This document shows, in pieces, positions 1-11,628 of a stretch of 64,000 bases of DNA. Location of the stretch: assembly GCA_918797485.1 (NCBI GenBank), contig CAKKNE010000001.1, forward strand, positions 1,674,001 to 1,738,000, given 5' to 3'. The notes below the pieces were generated by a model. That model was not told the DNA's origin. It saw only the letters and a program-made list of their open reading frames with translations, and made no database searches. Each line of letters starts with the position of its first letter. Positions within the stretch are counted from its first letter, which is position 1. The position numbers were made by a program, and so were the translations under genes. The stretch is from Pelagomonas calceolata. Lineage: Eukaryota.

Positions 1-711
1 AAACGCCTGGGCGCCGCCTTCCACCGCTAGTTGCGGTCCTACATCGGTCATCTTGTGCACCGCATTGATAGCGGGCCTCGTGAAACTGCAAATTTTTTGT
101 TTCTCGCCATCAGTTATAGGTAGGGAAGCTACCTGTTGAGCACAGTTGGACCATAATCTCGCGAAGGCCTCCTTATCCCCAAAAACTTCTTTGAGGCCCG
201 GTATTGATGTTATCAAGGCACCTTCGGGAGCCACTAAATAGTTCTTTTCGTAGTCGGGCTTGAACTGCAGGCCCACATAGACGTTCCAGTCCATGTACTT
301 CGTCTGGAGCAGTCCCAACTTTTTTAGCATTGGAGCCACAAAGTTCTCCAGGTCCTTGCGCGGTCCTACTCTGAATCTCCGCCACTTGTTGACAGGTTTT
401 TGTATTGTATTTTTGACGTATCGTCCCTGGCGATTGAAGGGCCAGCAATGTGCGGCCTTGAGTTCATTTGTTGGTGAGGCGGTGGGCGCGGGCGTCCGCT
501 TCTTCTTCTTGTGTCTTCTATGATGTTTCTTGGTGTGGTTCTTCCTGCCCGTGTGCGTGTGCGGCTTCTCCGGCGTCGGCGCCGGCGTCGGCTCCTGGCT
601 GAGCAAGTGGGTGATCATAAAAACCCAGGCCAGCACGAGGGCCAGCGCGAGCGCCGACACGCAGCGCGTGCTCACGCCGCGGCGCTTGCGCCTGTTCATA
701 TGTCGTGGCAT
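1..711 (-). CDS. Type II membrane protein, 3' end outside the window; possibly ATP-grasp/TTL-like
   Basis: ATG at 711 opens a stop-free frame to base 1 (not in the ORF track): MPRHMNRRKRRGVSTRCVSALALALVLAWVFMITHLL, a Pro/His/Lys stem, then a globular region (WNVYVG...SIPGLKEVFGDKEAF). Confidence 0.7.
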   Translation of the reverse strand, partial: MPRHMNRRKRRGVSTRCVSALALALVLAWVFMITHLLSQEPTPAPTPEKPHTHTGRKNHTKKHHRRHKKKKRTPAPTASPTNELKAAHCWPFNRQGRYVKNTIQKPVNKWRRFRVGPRKDLENFVAPMLKKLGLLQTKYMDWNVYVGLQFKPDYEKNYLVAPEGALITSIPGLKEVFGDKEAFARLWSNCAQQVASLPITDGEKQKICSFTRPAINAVHKMTDVGPQLAVEGGAQAF

Positions 712-958
712 TGTGTGTTAGCTCGCTCAGTGCTAGCTCTGCTTGCCTGGCTTCCGTGGCCTACGTCTTAGACGAGAGCGGCGAGCCGCAGGAGACTGTT
801 CATACTACCTCGGCCGAACGCTGCCCATGTGCCGTGCTGCCATGCGGTACGGTCGCAGAAGTGCGCCTCGGTTGCGGGTTAGCTCGCTCGTACCTCCGCG
901 CGCCTCAATCTCACCGCGCGGGCAGCCTAAACGCATGCAATTTGCTCTGCTTTTTTTG

Positions 959-982
959 GCTAGTGTCTTACTGGCCGCTAGC
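959..982 (+). promoter_or_regulatory. Conserved 24-bp upstream element (copy 1)
   Basis: gctagtgtcttactggccgctagc, preceded by a T tract, ~250 bp upstream of the ATG at 711. Confidence 0.65.
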
Positions 983-1138
983 GCGTAAACGCGGGAGCCC
1001 TGGAAGCCGCTCGACTCTGAGCTATGTCACGGCTTTTGCCGCCGACATGGACCTCCTGGGGAGCAGCGCTCGAGCCCCGACGCCGTGGCGGCGGCGCCGG
1101 AGGTCGACGCGCCCCAGCGAAAAACTACACGTGCCCAC

Positions 1139-2068
1139 TTACTCCTCGGGCATGGCACCCGCCGCGGCCGCCCCGCGCGCATACTTCGCCCCTTCGTAGT
1201 CGGGGTCCAGCGCCGAGCCCTCGTCCGCGTACACCACGTCGTCCATCGCCAGCAACTCGACGTGGCCGTCCTTGGACTCGTGGTGCTCTCTCGCTGCCTG
1301 AGCCCCTCTCGCATATTTGGCCCCTTCATAGTCCGGATCGAGACCGTCCGCGTTCGGCAGGACGCCGACCGCACCATCTCCAACATTTCGACCCGACACC
1401 GTGCGGTCGATCTTGCTCTCCTCTTTACTCTCACTCGACAGATCCAATTCGCCCTTGCCCGCCTGTTCGAAGGCGTGGGCGGCCACGATGACCGTGTAGG
1501 CCTTGTGCCACCGCTTGATGGCCGAAGAACGAGCGGATTTGACCTTCCTTAGTCGGTCCGGCGCGATGTGTTTTTCGACCTCATCAGTCTCATCGTACTT
1601 GACTTCGTAGACGGGACCCACGGGACCCGTCGTCACTTGCGTGACGTGGCCCACGAACTCCAACGCGCTGTCGACATCCCTCACTTTGACCTCATCGCCG
1701 ACCTCGATCGTGTGCCACGCTAGAACTCGCCGACACACATCCAAGAGTACAGATTGGACGTCATCCTCGCCAAAGTCGACCGTGCACATCATGCCGTTGA
1801 TCGCAATGACCACGCCCTCGTAAAACATCCCCTCGACGGGCGCCTGCACGACGTCGCCGCATTGTATAGCGGCGTGGTCCTCCATGGTCGTACTCAAGAC
1901 TTCTTGATCGTACTGCTGTCTTAGTTTTTTCATTAACATGGCTTTCTCTGTATCGGTGTCGCATGACTCAACCTCGGCGTCGTACTGGGCCTTGAGCTTC
2001 GCGTACAGAGCTCTTTCAGCGGGGTTTGTGAGCTCGTCGACGGGGATGGCCGAGGCGCCTGCCCCCAT
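1139..2068 (-). CDS. Probably N-myristoylated protein with tandem Tudor/Agenet-like domains
   Basis: Starts MGAGAS; two beta-rich units (GDVVQA..FYEGVV..CTVDF; GDEVKV..FVGHV..YEVKYD); C-terminal duplicated LDPDYEGAKYARGA. Confidence 0.7.
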   Translation of the reverse strand: MGAGASAIPVDELTNPAERALYAKLKAQYDAEVESCDTDTEKAMLMKKLRQQYDQEVLSTTMEDHAAIQCGDVVQAPVEGMFYEGVVIAINGMMCTVDFGEDDVQSVLLDVCRRVLAWHTIEVGDEVKVRDVDSALEFVGHVTQVTTGPVGPVYEVKYDETDEVEKHIAPDRLRKVKSARSSAIKRWHKAYTVIVAAHAFEQAGKGELDLSSESKEESKIDRTVSGRNVGDGAVGVLPNADGLDPDYEGAKYARGAQAAREHHESKDGHVELLAMDDVVYADEGSALDPDYEGAKYARGAAAAGAMPEE

Positions 2069-2395
2069 GATGCTGCCCTTTGGCTCGTCGGTGCGCGCGC
2101 GGCGGTCGGCGGCCGTCCCCAAAACGCACAGCGCAGGCGCTCCCGGGAGGCCTAGTGGGTTTACGAGCTGGTAAGCGACGAGGCCTTACCACAGAACTGG
2201 TACATGAGAGCTCGCCTCGCGGCGGCGGCGTGCCCGGGCGGCCTCGCTCCGGGGAACCTCGACGAGGCGGCTGCGTCCGCGCCGCGACTGCCCTTCCGTA
2301 CGCCTCCCCCCGCCCCCACGCCATCGCCGCGACCCGCCGACGGGGTACGACCGACGCGTCGCCGCGCCCCCACGACCTACTTAAGATCCAGCACC

Positions 2396-2971
2396 TTACT
2401 CCTCCGGCGGCGCCGCCGCGGCATCTCTCTCGCTCTGCAAAACCATCGCACCATCAATCTTCGCGATATTGGGCAGTCTCCGCAGCACTTCAATCTTCGC
2501 CTCGGTAGGTTCCAACCCTTCGTACATGGGGTTGCCCACCAGTAAAATATCTCTCAGGCCGGGGTTCGCGGATAACTTGCTCAACTCGTCAAAATTTTTG
2601 AGCTGATTGTTCGACATGTACAGCACTTGCAAATTCGTCAAGTTCGACAGGCCGTCCAAGGACTGGATCTGGTTGTACGAGCACCAGAGCTCCTCCAAAT
2701 TGTCCCCCAGGTCGTCGAGTTTATCAAATTTCTTGATCACGTTCCGGCCCACGCTCAAAATCTTGAGGTTCGGCAGCGACAGGGCCACGCCGAACTTGTC
2801 GATGGCGTTCGTGCTCAATTGTAAATGTTCGCACGCCGCCAAGTTGTTCAGAGACCCGTCCATCTTCGCGATGGGCGGCACCTGGCAGTAGAGCTTGACG
2901 ATCTTGGCCTCCGCGGCCACCTCGCCGGTCTTGGCCTCGAAGTTCTTGATGGCGGCGCCGCAGGTCGTCAT
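2396..2971 (-). CDS. DNAL1: Dynein axonemal light chain 1 (LC1, LRR protein)
   Basis: 191 aa; VKLYCQVPPIAKMD, LSTNAI, LEELWCSYNQI, LVGNPMY and IDG motifs typical of LC1. Confidence 0.9.
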   Translation of the reverse strand: MTTCGAAIKNFEAKTGEVAAEAKIVKLYCQVPPIAKMDGSLNNLAACEHLQLSTNAIDKFGVALSLPNLKILSVGRNVIKKFDKLDDLGDNLEELWCSYNQIQSLDGLSNLTNLQVLYMSNNQLKNFDELSKLSANPGLRDILLVGNPMYEGLEPTEAKIEVLRRLPNIAKIDGAMVLQSERDAAAAPPEE

Positions 2972-3500
2972 GGTGGCTTAGAGATGGGCTGCCCTCGGTT
3001 CCTGGCTCGGTGGTGCTGCGCCGGCGCGGGCGCTTGAGTGCTTCTAGGTGGTGGTAGTGGAGGCCGCGAGGCTGTCCCGGGCTGCGTTTCTCGGGCGGCG
3101 CGGGCGTCGCGCGCGCGTAGAGGTCTATGGCGTTGTTTGCCTCCGAAACCGCTTGTCGGGTTTTCTCTCTCGTTTGTTCCTTCGTTTCGCGGCGCGGAGC
3201 CCTCCCCGCGGCCCGCGACGCCCTGCCCCGGCTGGGAGGAGGCCTCTTGCCTGAGCTCCCATATCACAGACCCCAGCGCGGTTGGCATCCATCTCGTGCG
3301 CCCGCGCCGCAGCGGTCGCGTAGCATCGTTGAAGAGGTGCTGAGTATCAGCACGCGTCGTGGCCAACGCGGTCGCGTCGAAAGACCGACCGGCTGGGCCT
3401 CCACGGGCAGCCCCCAGCCTTGGGGCTGCCCCAGGCGTGCCCTTGCGACGCGCACCCGTCGCCTCCCGTCGACAAGCGACCCACGGGCACGTGAACCGCG

Positions 3501-4568
3501 ATGGGCCTCCTCGAGTGCATCTGCGGCTACGGCGTCGCGCCGACGGCCGACGACCGCATCGCCAAGGCGATGCAGACGTTTAACCTGAAAGTGCGTTCCC
3601 GGTGTGTAGAGGCGGTCTCACTTCATTGAAACGCGTCGTCTCCGCGAGAGCGGGCGAGGGGTGGTCTCGTTTTCGAGTTTGAGCCGTTTCGCGGCGCGTC
3701 AGAGAGACCGTCGTCGTGATCCCACGCCGCGCGCAGGAAAAAGATATAAGAGTACTGTGGCACATGTTCAAGAAGCACGACAAGGAGCGCCGGAGCATCA
3801 TCGCTATTAGTGACTTCTACGACAAAATAGTATTCGTACCCAGAACCATTTTTTGCGATGGGCTGTTTGATCTGATAGAAGCCGCGGACTCAGAATCAAT
3901 AGATTTCGGGGAGTTCGTGGCGGCCGTCACCACCTACTGCTTCTTCGAGATCCCGGAGGTCCTCAAGTTCTGCTTTTTCGTCTTTGATCGAGATAAAAAA
4001 GGTTTTATTACGCAGGAGGAGATGCGGCTCTTCGTCGACGCGATGCACGGCAACGAGATGTCTACCAATGTTGAGTTCGCCTTAGATAATTTGAAATATA
4101 GAAAGGACGGGAAATTTGACTTCGAGGAGTTCAAGGGCATGCACCACTTATATCCATCGGTGCTGTTTCCCGCCTTCCGGTCCGCGGCTCAGTGTCGACA
4201 CCGACGCCCTCGTCATGATCATCCGAGAGTCTACGCACAGGCTGCAGAACGCGATGATGCAGGCCATGGGCGGCGAGCAGTTCTGGGAGTCGAAGAAGCT
4301 CGAGCTGTCCATGCAGAAGGAAGACGAGAGGAAACGGGAGGCCAATAGGGAGGCCCGCGAAAAGGCGGAAGCTTATAAATATAGGGAGGACCAGGTCAGA
4401 AGACATATGGGTTCCATCAAGTACTACCTGATGCCCAAGAACCGGGCGAAATATTATGAAGTGTATCCTCTGCCCAAAAAATATAGGGTGATGGAGGAGC
4501 AAGAACGAGCTCGGGCGAAGCGTGAAAAACAATTGGCCGAGATGCGGAAGAAGAAGGCGGCCCAGTAA
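3501..4568 (+). CDS. EF-hand (calcineurin B/NCS-like) calcium-binding protein, 3 exons
   Basis: join(3501..3590,3737..4179,4241..4568)=861 nt; GT-AG introns 3591-3736 and 4180-4240 restore one frame; EF loops ADSESIDFGEF and FDRDKKGFITQEE. Confidence 0.8.
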
Positions 4569-4745
4569 TGTTTGTTGTGTGAGTTGGTCGTAGTTCGGTG
4601 CTAGGACTCGTGGTCGTCGCGGCGGCCGCGCGTGGCTCGCGTGTTCGTTTTCGCGGGTGGGAGCGCGTCCGAGGGACGCTATGGGCGCCGAGGGGCCTCC
4701 TCGGCGTCCACATCTACGCTTGCTGCGGCGGCATAGCAAAAGCGG

Positions 4746-4769
4746 GCTAGCGTGCATCAACACACTAGG
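4746..4769 (-). promoter_or_regulatory. Conserved upstream element (copy 2, variant)
   Basis: gctagcgtgcatcaacacactagg, ~230 bp upstream of the PFAS ATG. Confidence 0.5.
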
Positions 4770-4997
4770 CCGGAGAGCGAGGTTGGGCTTGAGTTTTGAA
4801 AGTTGCGGGCTGACAAGTGCACTACGGAGGTAGCAGGCCGGTCCGGAAGGCTCAGTACTACCGTCGCAGCGACCAGCACAAAGCGGTTCGAACCGAAACG
4901 ACTGGGTAGCGGCTATAAAGCAAAGAGCGCGCCAGCCAGCAAAGAGCGCGCAGCACATATGCGCCAGAGCCCGCGCACGGTCGCCAGCGATCCCGAC

Positions 4998-7900
4998 ATG
5001 GCCGACGACGTGCACGCAGCGCTCACCAAAGCGCTGGCAACAGGCACGCCCGCGCGCGTGTTTCGGCGCGGCGTCGCGTCCGCCGCCGCGTGCGAAGCCG
5101 CGGCGAAGGCTGTGGAGCGGGCGACGGGCACGCCCTGTTCCGTGGAGATCGAGCACTGCTTCAATATTACGTCCACGGCGCTGGGCGACGATGCTAATGA
5201 AGCCGCTTCAGCATTACGATGGCTCTTGGCCGAGACGTTCGCCCCAGAGGACTTAAGGGCCTCCTCTCCTTCGTGTACCGTGGAGGTGGGCCCGCGGCCG
5301 GCCTTTGCGTCGGCCTGGTCTTCTACTGCTGTACTTGTAGCGGAAGCCTGCGGCGCGAAGGGTCTGCAGCGCGTCGAGAGATCTAGAAGGTACTTCATTA
5401 CTCCTGCCGTCGACGCCAAGAAAGCCTCCGAAGCGTTACATGACCGCATGACGGAGTGCGTCTACGACGGCACGGCGCCGTTCTTCGACCTGAAGACGGA
5501 ACCGCCTTCGAAGATTGGCACAGTCTCGTTAATTGCAGGCGGCGTCGAGGCGCTGAAGAAGGTTAATAGTGAACGAGGTTTGGGCTTCGACGCCTTCGAC
5601 GTGGCCTACTACGCCCAATTGTTCTCAGAAAAATTAGGCCGAGATCCGACGGACGTCGAGCTCTACGACATGAGTCAGTCGAATTCTGAACACAGTAGGC
5701 ACTGGTTCTTCTCGGGGCGGCAGGTCGTCGACGGCGTCGAGAAGGACCAGTCCTTGTTCCGGCTGGTGAAGGCTACGTTGTCGAAAGCTCGCGAGAAGGC
5801 TCAGTCACTAGGAAGGGAGGACTCGTCGGTGGTCGCGTTCTCGGACAATTCCTCGGTCATCAAAGGTGGGACTTGCCGTGTGCTCGTGCCCGAGGACGCG
5901 GCGAAGGCGGACGACGATGCGACGCATGTGGGCTATGGTGCGGCTCCGCTCGTCGAGCGAACTAGGACCTTACACGCTTTGCTGACCGCAGAGACGCACA
6001 ACTTCCCGTGTGCTGTCGCGCCGTTCCCTGGGGCCGAAACGGGAGCCGGCGGGCGGTTACGGGACGTCCAGGCCACCGGTCGCGGCGCGCACGCGTGTGC
6101 TGGGGTCGCCGGTTACTGCGTCGGCAATTTACACTTGCCCGACCATGCCATAGCGGGAGAAGAATGCACCGCTTCCCTACCGTATCCGGGCCACCTCGCG
6201 ACACCTAGTACAATTCTGAAAGACGCGTCCGACGGCGCCTCCGACTACGGCAACAAGTTCGGCGAGCCTTTAGTGTTGGGCTACTGTCGGTCCCTAGGAT
6301 TACCAGATGACGGCACGGGTAAGCGAGTGGAGTGGCTCAAGCCCGTCATGTTCTCGGCTGGAGCTGGATGGTTAGATTCCAGACACTGCCTCAAGAACAA
6401 GGCCGAGAAAGGCATGCTCGTGGCCAAGGTCGGCGGTCCGGCCTACCGCATCGGCATGGGCGGCGGCGCCGCCTCCTCCAGAGTTGCGTCCGACGGCAAC
6501 TCGGCGTTGGACTTTGATGCGGTGCAGCGCGGCGACGCGCAGATGTTGAACAGGATGAATCGCGTCGTGCGGGCTTGCGTCGAGAGAGGTAACGCGAACC
6601 CCATCATCAGCATCCACGACCAGGGCTGCGGCGGCAACGGCAACGTTTTGAAGGAGATCGTCGAGACCTGTGTGGAAATCCTGAGAATTATTCGCGTCTC
6701 GCGATCTCGGCACCGCGGCCATGTTTTCGGCTCAAACTCGGACACGACGTTCCTCTGATACACTCGACCGACTGGAGCGAGCCACACCTCACGCACACCC
6801 CGAGATATCCCGAATTGAAGGGCGCTTGAACTTTGATGTCCACACAGGTCGAAACCGAGGGCGCGACGTATCACCTCTCGAAGTTCACGCTTGGGGATCC
6901 CACGCTCACGGCTACGGAGCTGTGGGGCGCCGAGTACCAGGAGTCGAACGCCATTTTGGTGGATAAAGGTGATAGGGAGCTGTTGGAGAGGATGGCTTCT
7001 AGGGAGCGGTGTCATGTGGATTTTGTGGGTGAGGTCTCAGGTGACGGCATCGTTAAAGTAATAGATGACCGCTTTGCCGATCCGCAAGTCGTCAGTGAGT
7101 TGCCTCTGTCTCTCGTTTTAGCTGATATGCCCAAGAAGGTCTTTTCTTCTGTTACGCCTGCGCCGGCGTTTACTCCCCTCAAAATACCTGCGTCGTTGAC
7201 GTGTCGGGAGGCTACTCGTAAGGTGTTAGGATTGCCCTCCGTGTGCTCCAAGCGGTTCTTGGTGCACAAGGTCGATCGGTCAGTGACTGGATTGGTGGCC
7301 CAACAGCAGTGCGTCGGTCCGTATCAACTACCGCTGTCGAACTGCGCCGTGTTGGCTAGATCACATTTATCGACGGAAGGCGTCGCCATTGCTGTTGGGG
7401 AGGCGCCGCAGTTATCTGCCTTGTCACCGTCAAGGATGGCCAAGCGCTGCGTCTGCGAGATGCTGACTAACTTGTGTTGGGCGTCCGTACAGCATCGGAA
7501 CGACGTCCGGTTGTCGGCGAACTGGATGTGGGCCGCGAAGCTGGACGGGGAAGGTGCGCGCATGTACGAGGCCTGCGAAGCGTTGTGTGACGCTCTGATA
7601 ATCACGGGCACGGCGGTCGACGGCGGCAAGGACTCGCTGAGCATGGCCGCCGCTGATGGGAAAGGTGGTGTGTGTCGATCACCGGGAGCATTAACACTAA
7701 CGGCGTACGCGACCTGTACGGATATTACGGCCACGATCACGCCGGATTTGAAGCGAGGTGGCGGCGGTCTGGTCTTCGTCGATCTTGGAAGTAGTGCCTT
7801 GGGCGGCTCGGCTTTGGCCCAAGCGCTGGGTCAGCTAGGCAGCGAAGCGCCTGATTCTGATGTTGAGAGTACTACAAAAGCTTTTGATATTGTACAAACA

Positions 7901-9154
7901 TTAATCAGAGATGAATTGATTGTCGCGGGCCACGACCGCTCGGACGGTGGTCTAGTCACTACATTACTGGAAATGGCTTTTGCTGGTGGGTGTGGCATCT
8001 CATGCAGTTTCACTGGTAGCGATTGGGCCTCCGTTTTATTCAATGAGGCGCCTGGTCTAGTCGTGCAGTGTGCAAAGGGTAAAGAGAATGCCGTGTTACA
8101 AGCGTTTTCTGGATTAAAAGCGGTCCAGTGCGGTTCCATCGGAGAGGACTGCTCCATTGCCGTAAATGGATCTGAGGTACTAAAAGCCCCGCTGCGCGAG
8201 CTGTGGAAAGAGTGGGAGAGCACTAGTTTTGCCATGGAACGACTCCAAGGGAGAGATGCAAAGTGTGTAGCCGCGGAAGAGGCTTCATTATCAGTACGCA
8301 AGCCACCGGTCTACCGATTCGCCTTCGATGCGTGGGTGGAACGACCTTTGTCCAGTAGGAAGCGCGTCGCGGTCATCCGGTGCGAGGGGAGCAACGGCGA
8401 CCGCGAGATGTGCTCGGCGTTTCATCTCGCGGGCTGCGAGCCCTGGGATGTTGCGGTTGCTGACTTAGCTAGTGGGTCGTTGGATCTCGACCGGTTCCGG
8501 GGCGTGGCCTTCGTCGGTGGGTTCTCCTTCGCGGATACGCTCGATTCAGCAAAAGGATGGGCCGGGTCGATCAAGTACCATGCGACCTTGCGACCGTTGT
8601 TCGAGCGCTTCAAGGCTCGCAGTGATACGTTTTCGCTGGGCGTGTGCAACGGCTGCCAGTTACTCGCTCTGCTCGGGTGGGTCCCTGGCGTGAAAGCGGA
8701 TGTGCCGGAACACCTGCCTCGCTTCGTGCACAATGCGTCGCGGAAGTTCGAGAGCCGGTGGTCCTCGGTCACTATTCTCGACAGTCCTTCCGTATTGTTG
8801 AAGGGCATGGCCGGTTCTTCCTTAGGAGTGTGGATCGCGCACGGCGAGGGCCGCGCCTACTTTCCCGACGATTCTCATCGGCAACTAGTTGAGTCGAAGA
8901 ATCTGGCGCCGATCCGCTACGCCGACGATAGCGGCAAGGCCACGGACGCATACCCGTTTTGCCCGAACGGCGCGGCGTTAGGCGCGGCCGCTTTATGCTC
9001 GCCGTGCGGCCGCCACCTCGCCATGATGCCTCATCCAGAAAGATGCGTGCTGCCCTGGCAGTGGCCCTACCTGCCGCCGGACCAACCGAAGTTTGCTCAG
9101 AGATCGCCGTGGCGGAAGCTCTTCGAGAACGCGGCGGCGTTCCTCGAGGACTAG
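4998..9154 (+). CDS. PFAS: Phosphoribosylformylglycinamidine synthase (large-type PurL), 2 exons
   Basis: join(4998..6659,6848..9154); NSEHSRHWFF, AETHNFP, IHDQGCGG, GGKDSLSM, HDRSDGG, GVCNGCQ and MMPHPER motifs. Confidence 0.95.
6660..6855 (+). mobile_element. Introner (MITE-like) element forming the PFAS intron 6660-6847
   Basis: TSD gtcgagac (6660-6667) / gtcgaaac (6848-6855); TIR ctgtgtggaaatc (from 6668) / gatgtccacacag (to 6847); splicing gives KEI|VETEG. Confidence 0.85.
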
Positions 9155-9223
9155 TGCTCGTCTATCCCTCTCCCCCTCGTAACGAGCTTCTATTTAGTCG
9201 GGATATACATACAGGGGGATTCC

Positions 9224-9724
9224 TCACGGCGCGCCGGCGAGGTACAGGTAGGGCCGCCGCCCCGCCGGCCGGATCACGTGCCAGACGTACTCGCCGTGGC
9301 GCCAGATGAATTTCAAGGGCTCGCCCTGGCGCCAGGCGAGCGTCGCGCCCTCACCGTGGTTCCAGACGAAGTTGAGGGCGGGCATGGCTCGTTTTGGCGC
9401 CGGCGGCGCGGCGACCATGCCGCCGAGGGCCCGTAGGAGCAAGGCTATGAAGATGAAGGCGGCAACACCGGTGATTTTCCGCCCGTCCTCTGATTTGATG
9501 AATATCCTTGCTTTGTTGATGTAGGTCTGGAGCTTTTGGCGGAGCTGTTGGAGCGGCGCGGTGCGCGGCGCCTCCTGCGGCTCGCTGCCCGCGTCCGCGT
9601 ACCGCAGCGCTGTGGGCGCTAGCGCGACGCGCGGCTGCGTGATGGGTGCTGCGGAGGGCAACCGCTGCAGGTGGCGCGTCGGTGCGAAGGCTACTGCGGC
9701 TGAGACAAGGAGGAGGCAGTTCAT
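9224..9724 (-). CDS. Plastid-targeted single-TM protein of unknown function
   Basis: MNCLLLVSAAVA-FAP bipartite signal (ASAFAP-like); one hydrophobic helix. Confidence 0.7.
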   Translation of the reverse strand: MNCLLLVSAAVAFAPTRHLQRLPSAAPITQPRVALAPTALRYADAGSEPQEAPRTAPLQQLRQKLQTYINKARIFIKSEDGRKITGVAAFIFIALLLRALGGMVAAPPAPKRAMPALNFVWNHGEGATLAWRQGEPLKFIWRHGEYVWHVIRPAGRRPYLYLAGAP

Positions 9725-9925
9725 TGTGAGTTTCAAAAATGGGAGTGCCAGGCGTGTTATTGATCAATGCCGGTCTCGCAGCGCTGGCGTTCCGATCCGT
9801 AGTGTCGCTCACGCAAGCTGCGGGTGCACACGGTAGCGATGCGCGGCCACACGACGCGCGTCGAGTTTTTGCCTAACGAGCGGGTTTTTCAGCGTCGACG
9901 AACGCGGTAGCTTTTGTACATTTTC

Positions 9926-10744
9926 TTACTCATCTTCTCTGTCAGGGTTCGCGTTCCAAGCGTTCGCCGGGAATATTGCATCTGCGACCTCCGCGAGGAG
10001 CTCGCCCTCGCGGCGGTTTCGCCACTCTTGGAACGTGCGGCGCATATATTCATCGTAAACAAAACAATGGGATCTGTCGAGGAGGAACCTAGCAGCGGCT
10101 CTCGGATCATCCCATGTAAAAAGCCCCAGATCGGCCTGGGATTCTTGGAGCAGCGTTAATCTAGGTGTGTCAGTGTCATGGTTGAGAATATGAATTTTTG
10201 ACAACCACATGTTGATGAGACCACCCGTCCATCCTTCAGGTCCCATTCCCAGGTCGGCCGTCGTATAGCTCGGTTGTAGCCGGCGTACCCTATCGCATGC
10301 CAGTGCTTTCATGATTTGCCCGAGCCCATCAATAGACGGCACGACGACGTCCAGGAACCGTATAGCGCCCTCTAGTGAGTTGATGTGCGGGCCGAATGTC
10401 TCTGGAGGCCACCAGCTGGCTACTTCGATGAGGCACTCGCCGGGTGCTAACGCCCACGCCTCGCGAAGTAGGGCTCGCGTCGCGTCAGAAATGACAGGTT
10501 TCGCCCACCGTTTTTCATTGTTCAAAGTGTTATCCCCGGTTAGCTCAAAAGCCGCGAAGAGCTCGTCCCGCCCGCGCGCGCAAAATAACTTGAGCGGCCG
10601 CCATCGGCCCTTGGTCAGCGCGCGCCGCGCCGCCGACCGCAGACCGCGCGAGGCTTGTTTTGCGGTGGTGTGTACCTCGTCAAAAGGCACAAAGTCCAAG
10701 CACTTGGTCAGCACGTCGGCTGGGAGAGCGTCGAGCGGTGCCAT
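9926..10744 (-). CDS. F-box-like protein
   Basis: N-terminal LDALPADVLTKCLDFVP...SRGLRSAA resembles an F-box. Confidence 0.6.
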   Translation of the reverse strand: MAPLDALPADVLTKCLDFVPFDEVHTTAKQASRGLRSAARRALTKGRWRPLKLFCARGRDELFAAFELTGDNTLNNEKRWAKPVISDATRALLREAWALAPGECLIEVASWWPPETFGPHINSLEGAIRFLDVVVPSIDGLGQIMKALACDRVRRLQPSYTTADLGMGPEGWTGGLINMWLSKIHILNHDTDTPRLTLLQESQADLGLFTWDDPRAAARFLLDRSHCFVYDEYMRRTFQEWRNRREGELLAEVADAIFPANAWNANPDREDE

Positions 10745-10853
10745 TGGTGCTGGAGCTCGTTTGCAGTAGGAGTGCGGTAGAAATGCACTCCTAAGGCGCT
10801 GGTGTGCGATAGTGCGCCTGATTAAGCTATGCCCTAGACGATTTTGTGCGCCA

Positions 10854-10877
10854 GCTAGCGGCATGTAACACACTAGA
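10854..10877 (-). promoter_or_regulatory. Conserved upstream element (copy 3), divergent promoter
   Basis: gctagcggcatgtaacacactaga between ATGs at 10744(-) and 11042(+). Confidence 0.65.
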
Positions 10878-11041
10878 AAGAATTCATTACTTCATGCGCC
10901 CGCAGAGCTCCGGATCGCCACACAAGCGGCACCCCAGACGCAACTTTGGCCCCAAACGCTGCTACCCCAGCCCGCGAAGGCAGCCCCAATACGCCACCGC
11001 CGCGCACAAGCTCCTGAAGGCAGCCCCACACACCAAGCACC

Positions 11042-11623
11042 ATGATCGTCTCCCTCGTCGTCGTAGTGTTAGTAGGCATCGGCTTCACGCGACTCACAAT
11101 GCTGGCATTGGAATTAAGGGACAACTTCGACGAGGACGAACCGTTAGATGTGGGGAGAAAACGCGTCGATTGTCACAATCGGATGCGCGCGATGACGAAG
11201 CCGGCCACACTGGTCTTCCGGAACGACAACCAGTTCGAGACGGAGGGCGTGCCGCGCTTCGAGCCCGGGTTGGTGACGCGGACGATCAACTCCATCCTGT
11301 GTCCGCGCGACGACGCGGACAAAGACGACGACGTCGAGAAGGGAATTACGGTGAAGGAGGTCGTCACCGACGACTCGGACTGCGACAACCTGCTGGATCC
11401 CACCGAGGCTTGTACTATTTGTTTTGAAAAAGCAAAAAATGCGGTGATTATTGGGTGCGGCCACGGCGGCCTCTGCTACAACTGTTCGATCGATATTTGT
11501 GTGACGTCGGGCATGTGTCCTTTTTGTCGAGCCGACATCGGGCAAGTGGTGACGATCGGGCTCGGGCGTTATGAAGTGGATGACGACGGCCGGAAGGTCG
11601 TGCCGGTCATAGGGCCTAAATAG
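11042..11623 (+). CDS. Membrane-anchored C3HC4 RING finger protein (putative E3 ligase)
   Basis: N-terminal TM; CTIC...GCGHGGLCYNC...CPFCR. Confidence 0.85.
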   Translation: MIVSLVVVVLVGIGFTRLTMLALELRDNFDEDEPLDVGRKRVDCHNRMRAMTKPATLVFRNDNQFETEGVPRFEPGLVTRTINSILCPRDDADKDDDVEKGITVKEVVTDDSDCDNLLDPTEACTICFEKAKNAVIIGCGHGGLCYNCSIDICVTSGMCPFCRADIGQVVTIGLGRYEVDDDGRKVVPVIGPK

Positions 11624-11628
11624 ATGTG

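Noticed and set aside
4803..4997. Upstream extensions from non-ATG or distal starts in the ORF track (PFAS, ACSBG, Dispatched, 35526, 39756, 56168)
   Set aside because: Eukaryotic context. The extensions are low-complexity and run through promoter regions, in one case across the conserved element, so downstream ATGs were preferred.
6668..6760. PFAS split into two ORFs as a pseudogene or programmed frameshift
   Set aside because: A GT-AG introner intron (6660-6847) restores an intact frame. The same applies to the GH3, galactokinase, WD40, thioesterase and JmjC splits.
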